From assembly GCF_041146345.1 (NCBI RefSeq), contig NW_027191411.1, positions 1,426,001 through 1,490,000 on the forward strand: a DNA stretch of 64,000 bases, written 5' to 3'. Positions 23,421-35,144 of the stretch are shown one piece after another. The first letter of the stretch is position 1; every line of letters starts with the position of its first letter. The notes beneath the pieces were generated by a model. That model was not told the origin of the DNA, searched no databases, and was given only the letters and a program-made list of their open reading frames with translations. A program made the position numbers and the translations under genes. Origin of the DNA: Neodothiora populina (Eukaryota).

Positions 23421-26400
23421 ATGACGCAGAACTCTGCACGCCGAGCCTACTCGGCAGAGCAGTTGCTTGCGTTACGTGATTCTGCGTCTAATGAGCCTGC
23501 TCAGAAAATCGAAACAGGGGCTGGATACGGGGCCATCAAAGGTGTGTAATTGTTTACAACAAGTCTTCAGGGTTGCCGAGCCGAGAACATACAGGGAAGC
23601 TCTCTCATCACTACCCTGGCCCCTCGTGTACGCATCTCTTCTTGTTCCTTTAGCATGGCTTGTGAAGTGATGCGAGCCGCGTGGTTAACTCTATCATCGT
23701 CACAATGCTCGCCTCGTCAACTCATCGCACATCAGACGTGACACAAGATGTGTCCTTTGCTCACCATGAAGCATCCGCGTTGCATCTTGTGGAGGATTCG
23801 CCTCCTCCAGAAAAGATGCTAGTTGGAGATGCTGCAAGATACCTAGCTGATGTAGAACCAGACCATGTTCTTCGCAACGCTCACTCGTTCGCCGCACGAT
23901 CGACTCGCTCCTTCGCGGCGTCCGACTCTCTGCATCCTCCTGCTGGGCCTCGTCGAAGCAGTGGTCCGGTCCTGGCAGAAATAGATCCCAACAATCAATT
24001 GCTGCGTTCGGGTCTCAATCGCTATGGCCCTTCACCTACCCCGTCACTCGAAAAGACAAAGGCCGAGCAGATTCTCAAGGACCATGGCTCGCCACCTGGT
24101 CTCCGGGTCACTGCTGGCGGAAGAATCGTTCCAAGCGATCAGTCTCCTCTTTGCAGTCCCCGATTCGGATATAGTGCAATTCAGAGGAACGGAGGACTAA
24201 TTCGATTTGCTCCAAATTACCCTCCACCACCTGGTGCTGCTGCCTTGCAAGAGACATCGAAGAATCTTCCAAACGGCTTTGTTGCACAAGATCCAGGCGG
24301 CAGATTGCTTCAGGTGGTAGATGGCCAATTCCTGCCGGTCAACGAGATTAATGGGCTTCCGCAGTTGTATATTGCAGCGCCAAATCTGAGCAGCTTTCTA
24401 CCAGGCAAGGTTGAAGGTAGTGCAGGTCAGGGGCAGGGCGATCAACGCCATAGCGGGACCTCGGCGCCTCCAAGGATGCGACAACCCACTTTGACGACTT
24501 CGATTCAGCTTCAAGCGTTGGATAAACAATACGCCAAACTTGAACAGGAATCAAGAGAGCTTGACAAGCTCGAGGTGTTGCAACGGAGCAATATGTCCTC
24601 CAAGGCATACCAACAACTCGTCCAGACCCGTCGTGAGCTGGTGACTCGTCTTAATGACATTCGAATCAGCTCGAAGGCATTGAGAGACCAACAAAAGAAC
24701 AGCCCGGAGCATAGCTCGTTGCGAGGCGACGAGCAACCTTCACCACAACAGCAAAGTGGAGCCCCCTTTGTTGGGCTGCCCATGTTCAAGCATGATGACC
24801 AGCTTCCCGTCTCCCACTGGACATATGATGGACTCGTCCCTGAGGCGCAGGCGATGATGCAGTGTGCTGGAAATGCAGTAATTCCCATGCCCATTCAGAT
24901 GGAAATGGGATTCTTCGTACCTCACAACGGTGCTTTACCAGGTCAGCTCCCCACATATGCTGCAAAGGCAAGCAACGGAGGAACATTACCACCTCTATTC
25001 AATATGATGGGTGTCCCACCAACTGATATGGGCATTCCATTTGTTGGCGCGGTTCCTGGTGGTCCATCAGCCACTCAGAATCAGGTGCCTTTCATGGCAA
25101 CGGTCCCCAGGACTCAGGCTGCCGCAGAGGTGGGTCACAGTCTACACGAGACCGCGCGGGATTTTGTGACTTCCGAGAAGGGGTCCCCTCGTCGTTCTCA
25201 TGCTCTTGAGATAAGGTATCCAGACATCAAGTCAGAAGCTGCCCAAAGCAATAAGTCTTCACTCAATCCAATGAGCCCCAGCTATCAGCCCGCATCCATC
25301 GGCACCAGACCTTACGTGCCACAGGCCAAGCCAAGCCATGCTCATTCGAATTCGCCGTCACCTGCACTGGCCGAGGCTGTAAGGGCGCACAATGCATGGG
25401 TGGGCGAGACAAGAGCTGCCGCGACTGTTGGGCACTCGAAGCGAACCTATGGCTACGAGTCAAGCAATGCAAGTTTTACTACTGCTGACTTCTTTCCCAC
25501 CAATCCACGAGACCATTCGGCGAACAAGCAGGCCTATCCCGCCACCCGAAAGCGTTCATCGAATAGCTCCAAACAAAGAGAAGACGCGTGCCTATCGACA
25601 CCGGATGGCACCCTAGGCACACCAGAGAAAGAGCGTCACAACCCAAATTGGAATCCTACTATCCCAGATACTACTTTCGATACAACCATCACGTCCACTA
25701 TCGAGCAGCAAGGTACATCTGATAAACCAGTAGAGGATGACAGTGCAATATCCGCGAATGAACCCATCGACCGCCGCTCGCAGCATAACATGAGTCCAAA
25801 AAGTCGCCGCCCTGATCTCCTGCTCCGAGCTAGTGATGGGTCAACCGAAGAGAATCCAACCGCTGGTGGCAAGTCCGTTCCTCAGACAACTGTGCGCCCA
25901 CGTCAGGAACGGAACACCTCAACATCTTCAACTCGTTTGCCAGTGTCGAATGCCGGTTCTGCTTACATGGACGGTTTCAGGGCTGGCGAAAGTCGTATGC
26001 CAATCGGACCACAGTCGAGTAGCGTTTGGCTTGACGGCTACTGTGCCGGACTTCGAGCATCAATGAACGCGCAGATTGACGACGCAAGACCTTCCTCGAA
26101 TGAGATGCCGACCAAAGACAAGGCCAGCGGCAAGCAATTCGCCGTCGACGTGATGCCCCAAGGAAGTGATCAGCAGACAGCAACTCGACGTCCACCGCTT
26201 GAATTGAATGTTGCATCCTTGGACACGCTCAAAGAAGCCATCTTCTGCCCACAGAATGAGAATGTGCTCCTGAGTCTGGATTCGAGTGGGGGGGTGACCG
26301 ACGACACGGCCTGGGCTGCGCTTGGCGGATGTGCGAAACAACATGAAGCATCCTCGTCCAAAGAATCTGTCCTCATCCAGATACGCAATGGAGAAGCAGC

Positions 26401-27025
26401 TTTTCCCGAAAGAACAGCCTCTATGGTTCAGAGGCAGCTCTCGCCAGTGAACGTGAGCATAAATGATGGTAAACGCCCAGCGAGCCAGACTGCTAGCGAA
26501 CCAAAGGATGGTGGCCGTAGCTTTTCGGTCAGGAGCCAGCCAGACAGTAGTTCGAAGTCATCTTATTTCAAGGCCGTCTATCCCGGTCAACGTGTGTTGA
26601 GCTCCCAACTGGAGTGGAAGCCAGGAACATCAATCGCACAGGTCGCAGGTCTGGCTCAAGGATATGTCTCTCAATATGACGGTACGCTGAACGATCTAGC
26701 AGCTCTCGGTGACATGCCTTTGCTGACACGTAAGTCCGGCAACGCAGGCGCGAACGTTGGAGATGCAAGACTGTCGCCCACCAAGAACGTTTCAGCGGCA
26801 CCCTCATCACCGTCATCCCCACCAGGAACTCCTCGGTTCGTTGAGGGATCTATGGGGGCAAGCTCGACATCCTCACCTAGTAAGAAGTCACCCACCAAAG
26901 CCAAGTTTGCGCACATAGCAGGCAAAGCTGGAATCAAGGTTCGCATTGAGGAGCAAAGCGAACAGGAACGTGTCAGCACCAGGGACAAGGGTCGTTGGAG
27001 GGACGTATGGAGGAAGGGACACTGA
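23421..27025 (+). CDS. Uncharacterised disordered protein (~1,100 aa) with N-terminal eIF4E-binding-like motif, coiled coil and PABP-binding-like motifs; 2 exons
   Basis: Exon 1 is 23421-23541 (MTQNSARRAYSAEQLLALRDS...), with donor GTGTGT at 23542. Candidate acceptors ending at 23735, 23846 or 23855 all join in frame to ORF 23681-27025. Motif LKDHGSPPGLRVTAGGRIVP and coiled coil QLQALDKQYAKLEQE... Confidence 0.75.
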
Positions 27026-27820
27026 GAGGTCTAATGCTTTTTCAGAAGCACGGATTGACCTCTCGGTGTCGTCACATGAGTGTTATGGGATACAAAGAGT
27101 ATCACACAGTCAGCAGTAAGACCTAGGTTTCTTTACATTGCAACCATCAGCCAGCTTTGGATCAGCACAGCGCACCGAGACGAAGCTGGATCCGAGTCTC
27201 GCCGTTATCCTCGATTGGACCAGCATGCTATTTTAGTATCGACTTGCTTCTTTGTTTCTTTGTTGACTCGATGCCTTGATCATCGGCATCTGCATGATTA
27301 TGGTAGCACTGTGGAGGAAATCGGCACCACAGTTGTCATAGTACAGTATCGTTGACGCAAAGAATGTTTAGATAGCTAGTCTCAAGAACACATATTTTAC
27401 ATTATGATTGTCTGCCCGGCCATCTTGACTGACTGCTTATGATGAACTTGGTGGAGTGAATGGGATACAAGTATGAAAGTCTTGGCAAAGAGACAGAGCT
27501 CGGAGGTCGGTGTCGTCAACGCTGCAGCTGCCTACAGCAAGCAACACATTAAGGTGTATCCATCACCTGTCGACTATCTTCCCTGTATCATCTCAATAGA
27601 CTATTGCATCCCACTTTTCTCTCTGCATCCTGCTTCCATCAGTTTCACACCCTCGATAACATCCAAATTTAAAGAACTGAAATTTGATACCACCGTCAAC
27701 ACACTTCACAACCGCCACAATGGTATGTCCCTCTCCTCGTGCACCTTGAATACAGACATCGGCTGCTCCATCACAACACACGACGAACAAACCGAGAGAC
27801 AACACAAAGACTGACACACC

Positions 27821-28297
27821 ATGCCAAAGTCTCTCCGCATCGTACCCGCAGCGACCCACCCGAGCCAAACCACACTCAAGCCGTCCGCGCCCTCAGCCCC
27901 GGGAGTCCACGATACGCTGCGCTCGAACCTATCCCTCAACCCGACCACCCAATCAACAGACCACTCCGTGCCGCAACTATCCTCGGCACACCCTCTCGAG
28001 TCGCGCCTAGCCAACTGGCGCGCGGTGCAAGAATCACACAAGATGGAGCTTCTGCGCCGCGAATTCGGCCTCGCCGAGCCCGTCAAGCGCGGCATGGAGA
28101 TGAAGATTGTGCGCGCCGGCGAGTGGAGGCCTGCGGTCCTGTCGGCTGGTGCGGGCGCCGTCGGCGAGGTTCATGCTGATGTGCTTGCTGGGCGCGAGAC
28201 GGAGATCCAGTGGGAGGATGTCTATACTGGTATGGAGGCCCGGGAGGTGCCTGATTTCCACAGTGAGATGGAGGCGAGGTTGAGGATGAACTGGTGA
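27821..28297 (+). CDS. UMP1: Proteasome maturation factor Ump1
   Basis: HPLESRLANW...LRREFGLAEPVKRGME...VHADVLAGRETEIQWEDVY...FHSEMEARL. Confidence 0.93.
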   Translation: MPKSLRIVPAATHPSQTTLKPSAPSAPGVHDTLRSNLSLNPTTQSTDHSVPQLSSAHPLESRLANWRAVQESHKMELLRREFGLAEPVKRGMEMKIVRAGEWRPAVLSAGAGAVGEVHADVLAGRETEIQWEDVYTGMEAREVPDFHSEMEARLRMNW

Positions 28298-29415
28298 TTT
28301 TGCGTTTTGTTTCGCTGTTGTGTTGGGGGTTGGGAGAAGGACTTGGTGCGATTGTGGTGATGGGTAGACCATTTCACGAATTCGGAGGGCGTTCCTTGCC
28401 TAGCCATCACACTCTTCAAAGCAATCACCGAGGAAGGGAAGATCTGGAAACAGCGCCGCGAGATGCCTGCCATCAGAGCAGACCAAGCGAGCGAGAAAGG
28501 TTTACTGATGAGAAACCAAGAAGACTAGCGTTTCCCCCGAGCCAAGTTGGTTGATTACAAAAATAATAACGTATATCGACATCTCCCCACATTCACCTGA
28601 ACAAGTCCATAGCTTGCAACGTCCGACAGACTTCGGGCATGCTGGCCGTGAGCACAGATTTCTCCGTCTTTGGTTTCTTTGCATCTGTCCACTTCTCCTG
28701 CCCTTGTATGGTGTGTATATATGCCTCATCAACGACCGCCATCGCTCCCTGCGTTCTTCATCAGGAAAAATGAATCTGTGCCAAAACGAACATCTGGCTT
28801 TCGATGAAGAAGAACAAGAGATGAGAAAGCAATAGAACCCCGCCCCTGAACGCCCGCAATTTGAAACTGATGAAGCAGAAAGGAAAATCAGAAGGAAAAA
28901 GTCCAAACGAGATCAAAATCAAGTGACCGCTAGCATGTCGTCGCTGTTTGTAACAGGAGGGTATACATCGTGATATCTGGAAGTTTGTTCCAGTACGTGG
29001 AGTACCCATGTGGGCGGTGAAGTGTATATGCACGCTGTTGGGACGAGGTCGTCGCTTGTGCATCACGACTTACCCCATGGTATTATTGTGTTCGTGAGGG
29101 GTGTTTCGGTATGCATCCGCAGCCAGGCGGAGCATTCTACTCCCTCAAAAGGGTGTTTGTTGAGTGGCGTTTGGGCCGGAATGGGAATCGACAACTATCT
29201 GTGCATCGATAGAATGACTGCGAGTCGATCGCCCGCATGAGAGCCTGTTTTCCGCCGATGGACGTTGTTGGGCGGTGTATATGGAAGTCGTACATAGTTG
29301 ACAGCATCGCCATGCAGTCAAACCCGACAACATCTCGATGAGATCCCACTAATCGGACGCGGAAAGTGACTAGGCCACAGTTGAGGCAGGCATCAGAGAC
29401 CATGTCACTAGGCGT

Positions 29416-30209
29416 TCAGAAGATGACGCAGCGACATCCAACTTCGCTTTCTTCACTATCACGACCGCGTCTGATGCTACTCTTGCTGGCGGCTTTGGCA
29501 TTGTCTTCGTCATCGACAATATCCTGGGGCTTGAGACTCATATGTACAACGTTAGGCGCATGCTCGCTGAATCGACAATCTGTGAGGGATTTGGTAAGCG
29601 CAAGTCGACATGTAGGTCTGGGATATGGGATGCTCAAATACCTTTTAGAGGAAGCTTGTCGTCGAGCAGTCGACCAAAATGTATCAATCGGATGGCTGAC
29701 GGTGATGATGGTCTGGGTTCCCATTCTGTAATAGAAGCACGACTGTTAGCAATGCGAGCTTAGCCAGTGAAACCAGATTCGAGCGTGTGTACCTTCTCGC
29801 CAGTCCCTCCAGATGAGCTCCTTCAGAGTATAGACGCTGATGACAAACGGATCGAAAGTGCCATCAGGGGCCTGGGCTGTGACGCCTCTCTTGGAAAGGT
29901 ATTTCTCGTCGATCTTGTAAGGATGTCTGGTACCAGTAGATGTGAGCAGCAGGTTGATGATGATGACATGACCATCTTTGGCAGCCAGGTCTCCAGTGGG
30001 CAGAAGTGGGGTTGGGAGGTCGGTGGAAGGTCCGATAGCTTCGACGGTATCTTGCCTCACAAGGGCAGGCTGTGGCATGGCGATGGATGGAAATTCGGAA
30101 CTTTCTGATGCTGATATCGGACCCACTGTGGGCTCTAAAGGAGTATGTGAGGAGGCTGAAGGAGGCAGTCCAGAGGATCCTTGACTGGGATTTGACGACG
30201 TTGAGTCCA
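29416..30209 (-). CDS. Membrane-anchored ubiquitin-fold protein (UBL3/MUB-like) with C-terminal CaaX box
   Basis: Exons 30209-29793, 29725-29642, 29579-29416. Protein DPFVISVYTLKELIWRDWREEWEPRPSSPSAIRLIHFGRLLDD...NVVHMSLKP...GCRCVIF*. The 5' end needs an upstream exon (acceptor CAG ends at 30210). Confidence 0.85.
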
Positions 30210-31643
30210 CTGCAGCCCATGTCAGTCGCTCTGGTATCTGTAATCAATGTCGCTTGTTGGGATATCTGTACTTCTTGCAACGTGTGATGGTTTCACGATC
30301 GCCTTCAAAGGGAAGACTGTGTTTTGGATTGACCTTGTGCCAGTGACAACAGTTTTGATTAAGACACGCGACGACAGGAATCCCAGATCACTGTGCGCAA
30401 ATGAAGAAGGTAGGAGTAGACTGGCGGACAGGCGGTATCGGAGTAAAAGGTCGGTCAAGCGAACGAAAAGTAGACGAAGACTTTGTGCGATTGACGAATA
30501 GCGCACTGCGAAATGTCGAGTCTACAATCCAGGTCACGATGATATACGATGATGATGATGATGATATGTGACGACGCACGTTGGCAAAGCGGAGAGATGG
30601 CAGCCGAATATGGAGTACAGGTAGGAGTGTACGACGAACGAGAGGACGATGTTTGTATTCAAACAGACGGTATGGCTAATTGCAGAATATGAAAAGCGCA
30701 GTAGTGACAACAAATATGGCAATCATGACCAAACAACAGTGTTTAGGTTGTTGAAGGGCAGATGATCACGTTGTCGTTGTCTCATCACCTCCTCGCCGTG
30801 GCAAGATAAAGCAAGGCAATACAAGGCAAGGCCCAAGCAAGACAAGACAAGTGTGGTACGGTAGGGCTACTAGAAGCGCTCCTACATGCACCTTGACAAG
30901 CACTCTCCGCCCCCTCTCAGCCTATAAGGAAACACAAATCTCCGGCTATCGGGTGTGGTTGAGGAAACCCCCACAGAAAGGAGAGTCTAGGGACGGGGGG
31001 AACTGCTTGGACACCGAATAAATGGACAAGCCACACACCAGACCAGACCACGGGCAGATCACTGCCGAGAAGAGCCTAATATTCTTCCCTGAGCCTCCAG
31101 AGAGACCCGCTCGAGTTCCCTGTTGTGGCACTGTTACCCTACCTTAATTGCACCTCCATCATGTCATTCTTTGCTCCAGTGCCCGGCACGTATTGAACCT
31201 TATCACCACTTGCTTGTATGAAGTGGGTCTATCTTGTGCCTCAACAGCTTGTGAGTGCCTCGCAGAAAAGTCTGGTCAGCCACGCTTGTGTGTTATACCA
31301 TATTCTCGGGGAACCATAGAGCGGGCGAACGTCTCTTCATCACGACCGAAGATCAAAGAGCAATCGAAGCAAGTTATTCTTGTACATTCAATACACGATA
31401 TTGCCCCACATTGAGAATATCTGAATATCACCCAAGGTCATTGCGGTAAATTTGCTGTGCTCTACCACTCCTTGACCACCAGCCGCTCATAAGGGATAAA
31501 GTGTTGCACGCTCGCCAGGGTCTATCATCTCTTGTAAAAACACAGACATTGACGACCATCTCCTTCTCATCTTTTGGGATCTGAGATCAACAAGACCGAC
31601 ATTGCTGCACTCTAGCTAGAAACGCTACGGCCTATCTACAGTC

Positions 31644-32114
31644 ATGACTCTGCTTTCGCGTCTGAAAACGCCTGTCTACAAAAATACAGGCTCTGTAGCC
31701 CGTGATCATCTTGCTGCCGAGCGTACTTTCCTTGCCTGGATCCGTACAGGCTTGGGCCTTGTAGCTCTGGGCACTGCCATTGAGCGCTTCAGCCGCATCG
31801 ATCTTGAAGCGCTCATGCAATCAAGTCGTCCGCCACCAACCGTCACCCGCCGACTTGAAGAATCGTCCGAGTCTAAGTCATCAGCGGAACACGACGATAA
31901 GCAACAAGAACATCTACTCGCTGCGTCACTGCTCGGCACGGGTGCTGGATGCATTGCATACGGCGTCGGCAGATACTTTTCCAATATGCGAATGTTGGAG
32001 AAAGGTCTCTTCAAGCCAAGCTACTATGGCGCCGGTGCCCTTGGTTTGACAGTGGCGGGCGTCGCCTCGGCGGTATACTGGACGGGATTCAGAAAGCACA
32101 AAGCAGCCATGTAG
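31644..32114 (+). CDS. DUF202 (YidH-like) small membrane protein
   Basis: NTGSVARDHLAAERTFLAWIRTGL signature plus three hydrophobic segments. Confidence 0.9.
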   Translation: MTLLSRLKTPVYKNTGSVARDHLAAERTFLAWIRTGLGLVALGTAIERFSRIDLEALMQSSRPPPTVTRRLEESSESKSSAEHDDKQQEHLLAASLLGTGAGCIAYGVGRYFSNMRMLEKGLFKPSYYGAGALGLTVAGVASAVYWTGFRKHKAAM

Positions 32115-32223
32115 AGCACTCTTCTCATTACTATCATGTTCCAAGGCCTTGCATCAGGAGTGCTGAGGTTCTTGTCCTCTCGTTACCCACCATTCCGTTT
32201 TTTCTTTCTCGTCACCCTAGGTC

Positions 32224-33833
32224 TCATTCCCACTCTTTGTACACCTTGGCGTCCTCTAGCCTGATACCTTCCATTTCTTGTTTCACCCGGAGCATGCTGA
32301 CTTTTCCAACGCTGCCCTCTGCACTATCCTTCCCCTTGACTTTCCACTTCTGCAGTAGCTGCTGCAGCCCAGCAACAACGTCCTCCTGATCTTCAATCAA
32401 CAAGGCAATGGCATCATAGCCACCGGCTCCAGGCACGACGCCGCCAATGACTCCCGGGACTTTTGTGCACGCATCCAGCAATTGCGTCTGCGCCGGAGGT
32501 TCGATTGGCACGTCACTCTCGGAGCTCATGTTCCTGATACGCTTGCGGATCTCTTCGATCTTGTCTTTCAGTGAGCTGTAGTCGTGATCGTCGGACTCAG
32601 TGAGCCTGACGAGCTCCTGTGATAGACCTTCATTTGCCTCCTGTAATCCCTGCCATATGCTCTCGGCTGCATCACCAGCGTCCGCTCGCCAGGATAGGAC
32701 CTTCTTGACCATTCCCGGGGTTTGACTGCCACAGGCCACATCGCACATGACGAGTCTGATGCCCTTTGGTACCTTCACACGATCCTTGAGCACTTCAGTG
32801 TCCCATTTGCCGACGCTACCGGTCTCCTCGATGATGTTCTGCAACTGAGATGCAAAATGCGGCGAACCTGGCTCGTCATGATCTGCCAACAGAGAAGGTG
32901 AGAATCGTCTGTAGAGGCAACTACCATAGACAGCCGATGCAACATCGAAGCCTGATCCGACTTTGCCTTGAGCTGCGCAGTGAGAAGCTTGCGCCAGGTT
33001 GTGGAGTGTTCGTTTTCCCTTCTCCGAAGAAAGATCAAACACGTCAGACGGTAGATAGTAAGTCAAGAGGGCGGCTGTGAATGCTGTGACTAGAGCCGCA
33101 GAAGATCCAAGGCCGGTCTTATTAGCTTGTGCAAGGGGCACGCCGAAGTCGTGGAAGCGAGCTCCAGTCAAAGTGGCTGAAGAGGTCGAATAGTAATCAT
33201 TGTCGGCCAGAATGGTGACGGACGTCGGCGGTATGTTCGAAGAGGTAAGAGTCGCAATGTATGTCAGGGCGTAGCCGAGAGCAGTCTCGATGAAGGGGTT
33301 GCGATTGAGCTTGAGATCGGCATCTCTACACGCAGCAAAACAGTGAGTATGAACGAACGGACTTGTACTAGGTTTTCAATTCCAATGAAACAATTCGGGG
33401 GCTACAAATTCATGCACCACACAGATACCGAGGGAAAGATTTTTCAATGCCAACTTATGGATCAAGGGGCGAAAATGAACTATAGTCCGAGCATAGAAAG
33501 GCTGGAAGGAAAGACCGACGAACAGAATGAAAGAGAAAACAATTGCAATAGAAGACGGTCAAACACTCACGCCGTTAACTGCGTCACCTGCATACCCCCG
33601 TCCTGTTCTGCATGTCTATAGCCGTATTCCCAAACGGCATTTTGGAACTGAGGTGACTTGACAATGATTTCGGAAAAGACTACACCAGAGAGCGATTTGA
33701 AGGGCTTGACACAGACGTGAATGCGCGCATTTAGACCAAAGACGAGGCCGTTGTATGTCCTATCGAGGACCAAGTACCCACCAGCCAGCAATACCTTGCC
33801 TGGTGCGGACACGGCAACAGATTTTTCACTCAT
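32224..33833 (-). CDS. ERG8: Phosphomevalonate kinase, 2 exons
   Basis: SAPGKVLLAGGYLVLD; intron 33570-33326; NPFIETAL, KTGLGSSAALVT, HCAAQGKVGSGFDVASAVYG, GVVPGAGGYDAI (GHMP kinase motifs). Confidence 0.96.
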
Positions 33834-35144
33834 CCCACAGGACTGCAGAGTAGACGCAACAACACGACTATGGAATCGCAGACGGCTTCAGATGGGCCGC
33901 TATGAACAGGAATAATACCTGGCACGGTCGAGCGATGCTGGAGTGAGGGGTTGGGTTGTGCTGCAAATGTAGCGTCAGTAGTGGGCGGCCTCAGCTGTGG
34001 TGGGTGCTGTCCACTGGCTATCGAGTCGGCGACTCGACGAGGCTGCAGAATCCCGTCGGCCGAGAGAGAGAGGCTTAACGCCGCGCAGCCAAGAAAGGAC
34101 GACAGGAGGAAGCGGGCGAAACAGGGTGCTGTAGCGGGCGGGGCGGGGGCTTATTGGCGGTCAAACTGGGTTCAGAATCCTGTCGAAGAATCTCACGGGC
34201 GTTTCAAGAACAAGATCGACCAGATTTCTGGTCAGCGGGCTGTCCGGAGACAATAGGACGAGCTTGATACGGAATGCTATCTGGCTCGAGGCAGACTGCG
34301 CCCTATGAGAGACGGCGTATGGTCTGTGCATCAAGGAACATAAGCCCGGGAGACACTCTAGTGCTCGCGGGAAAGCGGGATTGCAGGATTAGCGTTCAGA
34401 CTAATGCCACGGCCTAGCTCAAAGCCCGACGACCGACGGAAAATGAATCGCATCGAAGGCGCGAAATGCCAGTCGTGTCCAATCGCATCTCGCAAGCTGT
34501 CGTACCTTACTCTACTAGGCATCGCGGAAGGCAGCAGTCATAATGATAAAAAATTGGAGTGCGTCAGGACCAGTGTCTCTGTTCGTCATACATTATCTTT
34601 TTTCCTCCCAGCGTTCGTGACCATGTGCATTCTGATTCATCTCGACATACCTAGATCACTTCTCTAGATCGACTTTCCCACTATAGCATACACACAGCGC
34701 ACCATCCGGTGGCTTCCATCCCTCGCCACACTCCACCTGCATTCCATCCCCACTTCTCACCATCCATTGACAGGCAGTATACCCGTGTTAGGAGCCAATT
34801 GGTCCTTTGCGCAACACCCGTCTGGACGGAGCTACACTTTACGGAAACAAGTCTTTTCAACGAACCTCTTTGATATTAACATTTCTAAATCATTCAATTC
34901 GCCTTGCCCGACTTTCTGCGACAAGTTCACCTGGTTTGATCTACATCTGTCTTTTCTACATTTGGCAATAGCTGTCCAATGAACACTCATTCGTAGTGCG
35001 TCTAAGCTTCTACTGTCACCGACTGGCTCGCACTTTTCTGGATTTGGAAACACTGGATTTTTGTTGGCGAACAATTCACAGCTTCTGCTCTTCCTTTAGC
35101 TTCCGCGCGACACCTCTAGCAAGTGCTTCCGCAACATCGGCTAG

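Noticed and set aside
27481..27490. Possible Rpn4/PACE site upstream of UMP1 (TTGGCAAA)
   Set aside because: Only a partial match to GGTGGCAAA; not distinguishable from chance.
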